Assembly (NCBI GenBank): GCA_964270895.1
Contig: OZ185448.1
DNA from: Podarcis filfolensis
Lineage: Eukaryota
Strand: one strand, 5' to 3'
DNA: 64,000 nucleotides
This document shows positions 60,789-64,000 of the stretch, in pieces (position 1 is the first letter of the stretch; every line of letters starts with the position of its first letter). The notes below the pieces were generated by a model. That model saw only the letters and a list, made by a program, of their open reading frames with translations, was not told the origin of the DNA and ran no database searches. Both the position numbers and the translations under genes were made by a program.

Positions 60789-61940
60789 TGGATGTAGCCT
60801 ACCTTGATTTCAGCAAGGCATTTGACAAGGTGCCCCATGATATTCTTGTAAAGAAGCTGGTAAAATGCGGTCTTGACTATGCTACCACTCAGTGGATTTG
60901 TAACTGGCTGACTGACCGAACCCAAAGGGTGCTCATCAACGGTTCCTCTTCATCCTGGAGAAGAGTGACTAGTGGGGTGCCACAGGGTTCTGTCTTGGGC
61001 CCGGTCTTATTCAACATCTTTATCAACGACTTGGAAGATGGACTCAAGGGCATCCTGATCAAATTTGCAGATGACACCAAACTGGGAGGGGTGGCTAACA
61101 CCCCAGAGGACAGGATCACACTTCAAAACGACCTTGACAGATTAGAGAACTGGGCCAAAACAAACAAGATGAATTTTAACAGGGAGAAATGTAAAGTATT
61201 GCACTTGGGCAAAAAAATTAGAGGCACAAATACAAGATGGGTGACACCTGGCTTGAGAGCAGTACATGTGAAAAGGATCTAGGAGTCTTGGTTGACCACA
61301 AACTTGACATGAGCCAACAGTGTGATGCGGCAGCTAAAAAAGCCAATGCAATTCTGGGCTGCATCAATAGGAGTATAGCATCTAGATCAAGGGAAATAAT
61401 AGTGCCACTGTATTCTGCTCTGGTCAGACCTCACCTGGAGTACTGTGTCCAGTTCTGGGCACCACAGTTCAAGAAGGACACTGACAAACTGGAACGTGTC
61501 CAGAGGAGGGCAACCAAAATGGTCAAAGGCCTGGAAACGATGCCTTATGAGGAACGGCTAAGGGAGCTGGGCATGTTTAGCCTGGAGAAGAGGAGGTTAA
61601 GGGGTGATATGATAGCCATGTTCAAATATATAAAAGGATGTCACATAGAGGAGGGAGAAAGGTTGTTTTCTGCTGCTCCAGAGAAGCGGACACGGAGCAA
61701 TGCATCCAAACTACAAGAAAGAAGATTCCACCTAAACATTAGGAAGAACTTCCTGACAGTAAGAGCTGTTCGACAGTGGAATTTGCTGCCAAGGAGTGTG
61801 GTGGAGTCTCCTTCTTTGGAGGTCTTTAAGCAGAGGCTTGGCAACCATATGTCAGGAGTGCTCTGATGGTGTTTCCTGCTTGGCAGGGGGTTGGACTCGA
61901 TGGCCCTTGTGGTCTCTTCCAACTCTATGATTCTATGATT
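60789..61940 (+). mobile_element. CR1 LINE, 5'-truncated (ORF2 reverse transcriptase C-terminal half, one frameshift)
   Basis: [60 protein letters not shown]; tail (TTCTATGA)n. Frameshift near the A-run at 61211-61218. Confidence 0.95.
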
Positions 61941-62106
61941 CCTTCAAACCAAGCTGCCTGATATGAGCTAGAAGGAATCTTCTATGAGCAGATGAAGGAA
62001 GATCTATCACTGTATTGAAAATAGAGAAGCTAATGGCTAAGCTTCCAGAAATATATTGTCTGATAAATAGTAGAATCATGGGTAGCCTCAGCTGTGTTTG
62101 GGCCAT

Positions 62107-62229
62107 AGGGTTGTATTCAACAACTGGTCTTACTCAGAGCTGACCCACTGAAATTGATGAGCATGACTAACTAAGGTCCATTAATTTTAATAGATCTACT
62201 CTGAAAAGGACTAGCATTGGCTGCAACCC
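62107..62229. repeat. Short palindromic repeat, family unassigned (copies at about 16137-16255 and 54868-54978)
   Basis: gggttgtattcaa...ctactcagag..cccactgaaatt / ccattaattttaat..ctactctga..ggctgcaaccc fold-back structure. Confidence 0.55.
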
Positions 62230-64000
62230 ATAATTTTTTATTTTATTTTTTGCTGGGATTTATTTAGACATAGTATGCTGTAGAGAATGTCAGGGTTCAA
62301 AATGCCCAGTGCACATTGCTTTGAACAGGACTTCATAGGCGCTGCTGATTAATGATGCAAATCCCCCTTTAACTGAGCCACATCTTTGCTGCTCCACACA
62401 TGATGTCAGGTCTAGGGCAAGAGGGCAGGGCTTGGTCCAAATGGCTTCGTGGGCCAAATGGGGGAAGCCTGACCTGCCTAATTAGGCCAGAAATTCTCCA
62501 TTTCTGATATAGCATTGGACCTAAGACAAAGGAATTGAAGTGTCTATCAGTAGGTTAAGGGCATTGGGAGGATCTCAGAATAGGGTCATTTACCCTTGAT
62601 GGGGAACCTGCTTGCTTCCTAATTTCTTTCTTCATAAAAACCCTGAAAGCAGTTTATAAAAAGATAAAACAATAAGAAAAATTAGCAACAATAATTTAAG
62701 ACTTGAAAAGTTAAAATAACTGGGAGTGACGTGGTGGCTTGAACACCTGCAGGCTCTCTGCTGCCCACTGCCTCCCCCTTGGCTGTACAGTGACTGAGTG
62801 GGGGGAGGCAGGCAGACAGCTCACATACCCCGTGGTGCCATTGGGCACCAGGATCCATGGGGTCAGCAAATCCCGATGTAGATCTTTATTCCCTCCTGTT
62901 TCTGATTTAGACATTCATTTACACCTTCTTCATCAATAGGGAGGAGAGTGCTATTTTGTGGTTTGCCTCAGGTGCCAAAATGTCTTTGGCAGGCCCTGCC
63001 AGCCAGACAAGAAACACTTTAGGCAGGCGTAGCCTAGGGGAGGATCTCAAGGGCCAGCTAGAGAGGCCTGGAGGGCCGCCTCTGGGGCTGTGAAGTTCCC
63101 CACCCTTGACCTAGATGCTTGATGTGCCAAACCCCTTAAAGTGCCTCACCTTCTTGACTTTCAAATGTGTTCATTCTCTCTCTCCCACTCTCTATGTTTG
63201 GCATGGAGCCAAGTTACAGTAGGAAGAAGCAGCACTGACTGATCTCAAGCAGGGCATATATAAAACCAGCACTGCTAATTATTTTGCAGTAATTACCTGG
63301 AAATTATATGTATGTTGTTTGTGCAATAGTGGGTGCTGCTATTTTTGAACTCGCATTGTTATCCTTACTTGGTGGAGTCACACACTCTCAGAATCCATAT
63401 TCATCACTGGACATGGTTGTTCCCCACCTCCCCATCCCAGCAGTTGGTGAGAACAGTGTAATTATCAGCTTGCACTAATCCAAACACCTTTGCTCCTTCA
63501 TTCTTTACACAACCCTTCCTTTCCCTTTCACCTCCATATTCACTCAAACCCAACTCATTTGCTTGAAAGCATTTAGCATGAATCCGGATAAGATGCTTGA
63601 ACCTTTGCCTAGGTTCTAGAAATAGCTCCCAGTAGATCATTGCTGCTTCTTCTTAAAAAGAACAAACTTTATACGTGCTTTAATTATTATCTTCATTTAA
63701 TTGCCCCCTTTCCCCACAGCTGTTTTGTGATCTAGAAATGTTGCACAACTCTCTTGGCACTTCAAAGGGAAAAATGAACAACCAACAAGCGAAAACAGTG
63801 GGCACTTAATGGCTTTGGCTAAACTTGTTTGCAATCACCGTCCCTAATCAAACCATTACAGCAGTTTCCCTTCCTCCTCTTCCAAGTGTCTAGGTGCGGT
63901 GTCTCCTAAAAAGACAGAACAAAAGCATCTGAAAAATGTCTTATATTCAGATGAAGATGTTCAATACCAAATCTCTCCATCCAGGAAAGCAAAGGTCTGT

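Noticed and set aside
60788-61866. Reverse-transcriptase ORFs as a host gene or novel RT system
   Set aside because: Ordinary 5'-truncated CR1 with a frameshift and the canonical tail.

Overview
Vertebrate genomic DNA from a squamate reptile, most likely a lacertid lizard (inferred from Sauria SINE, Squam3-like SINE, BovB/RTE and CR1 families). The only intact protein-coding gene is SKOR1 (Corl1/Fussel-15/LBXCOR1) on the + strand. I traced eight coding exons from ATG 13201 to TGA 30551 with GT-AG junctions and matching phases (about 929 aa with the best-supported donor). A probable non-coding first exon ends at 10976, next to a 140-N assembly gap. The first ~26 kb is CpG-rich, poor in transposons up to ~16 kb, and full of homeodomain-motif-rich blocks that look like conserved enhancers. 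Beyond ~26 kb the DNA is dense with SINEs, LINEs, MITEs and solo LTRs. It also holds a decayed AK3 retrocopy interrupted by three later insertions. I found no new enzymatic or mobile system. The strongest unexplained signals are regulatory: (1) an inverted pair of near-perfect REST/RE1 sites plus a third intronic site; (2) three CTCF motifs with correctly spaced upstream modules, including a divergent pair that could mark the 3' boundary of the SKOR1 domain; (3) overlapping uORFs in the putative 5' exon, one in frame with SKOR1; (4) three in-frame donors on the large exon; (5) clustered PBX/MEIS and K50-homeodomain motifs. All were read by eye. Repeat boundaries without a target-site duplication (TSD) are approximate, and family names come from recall rather than searches.
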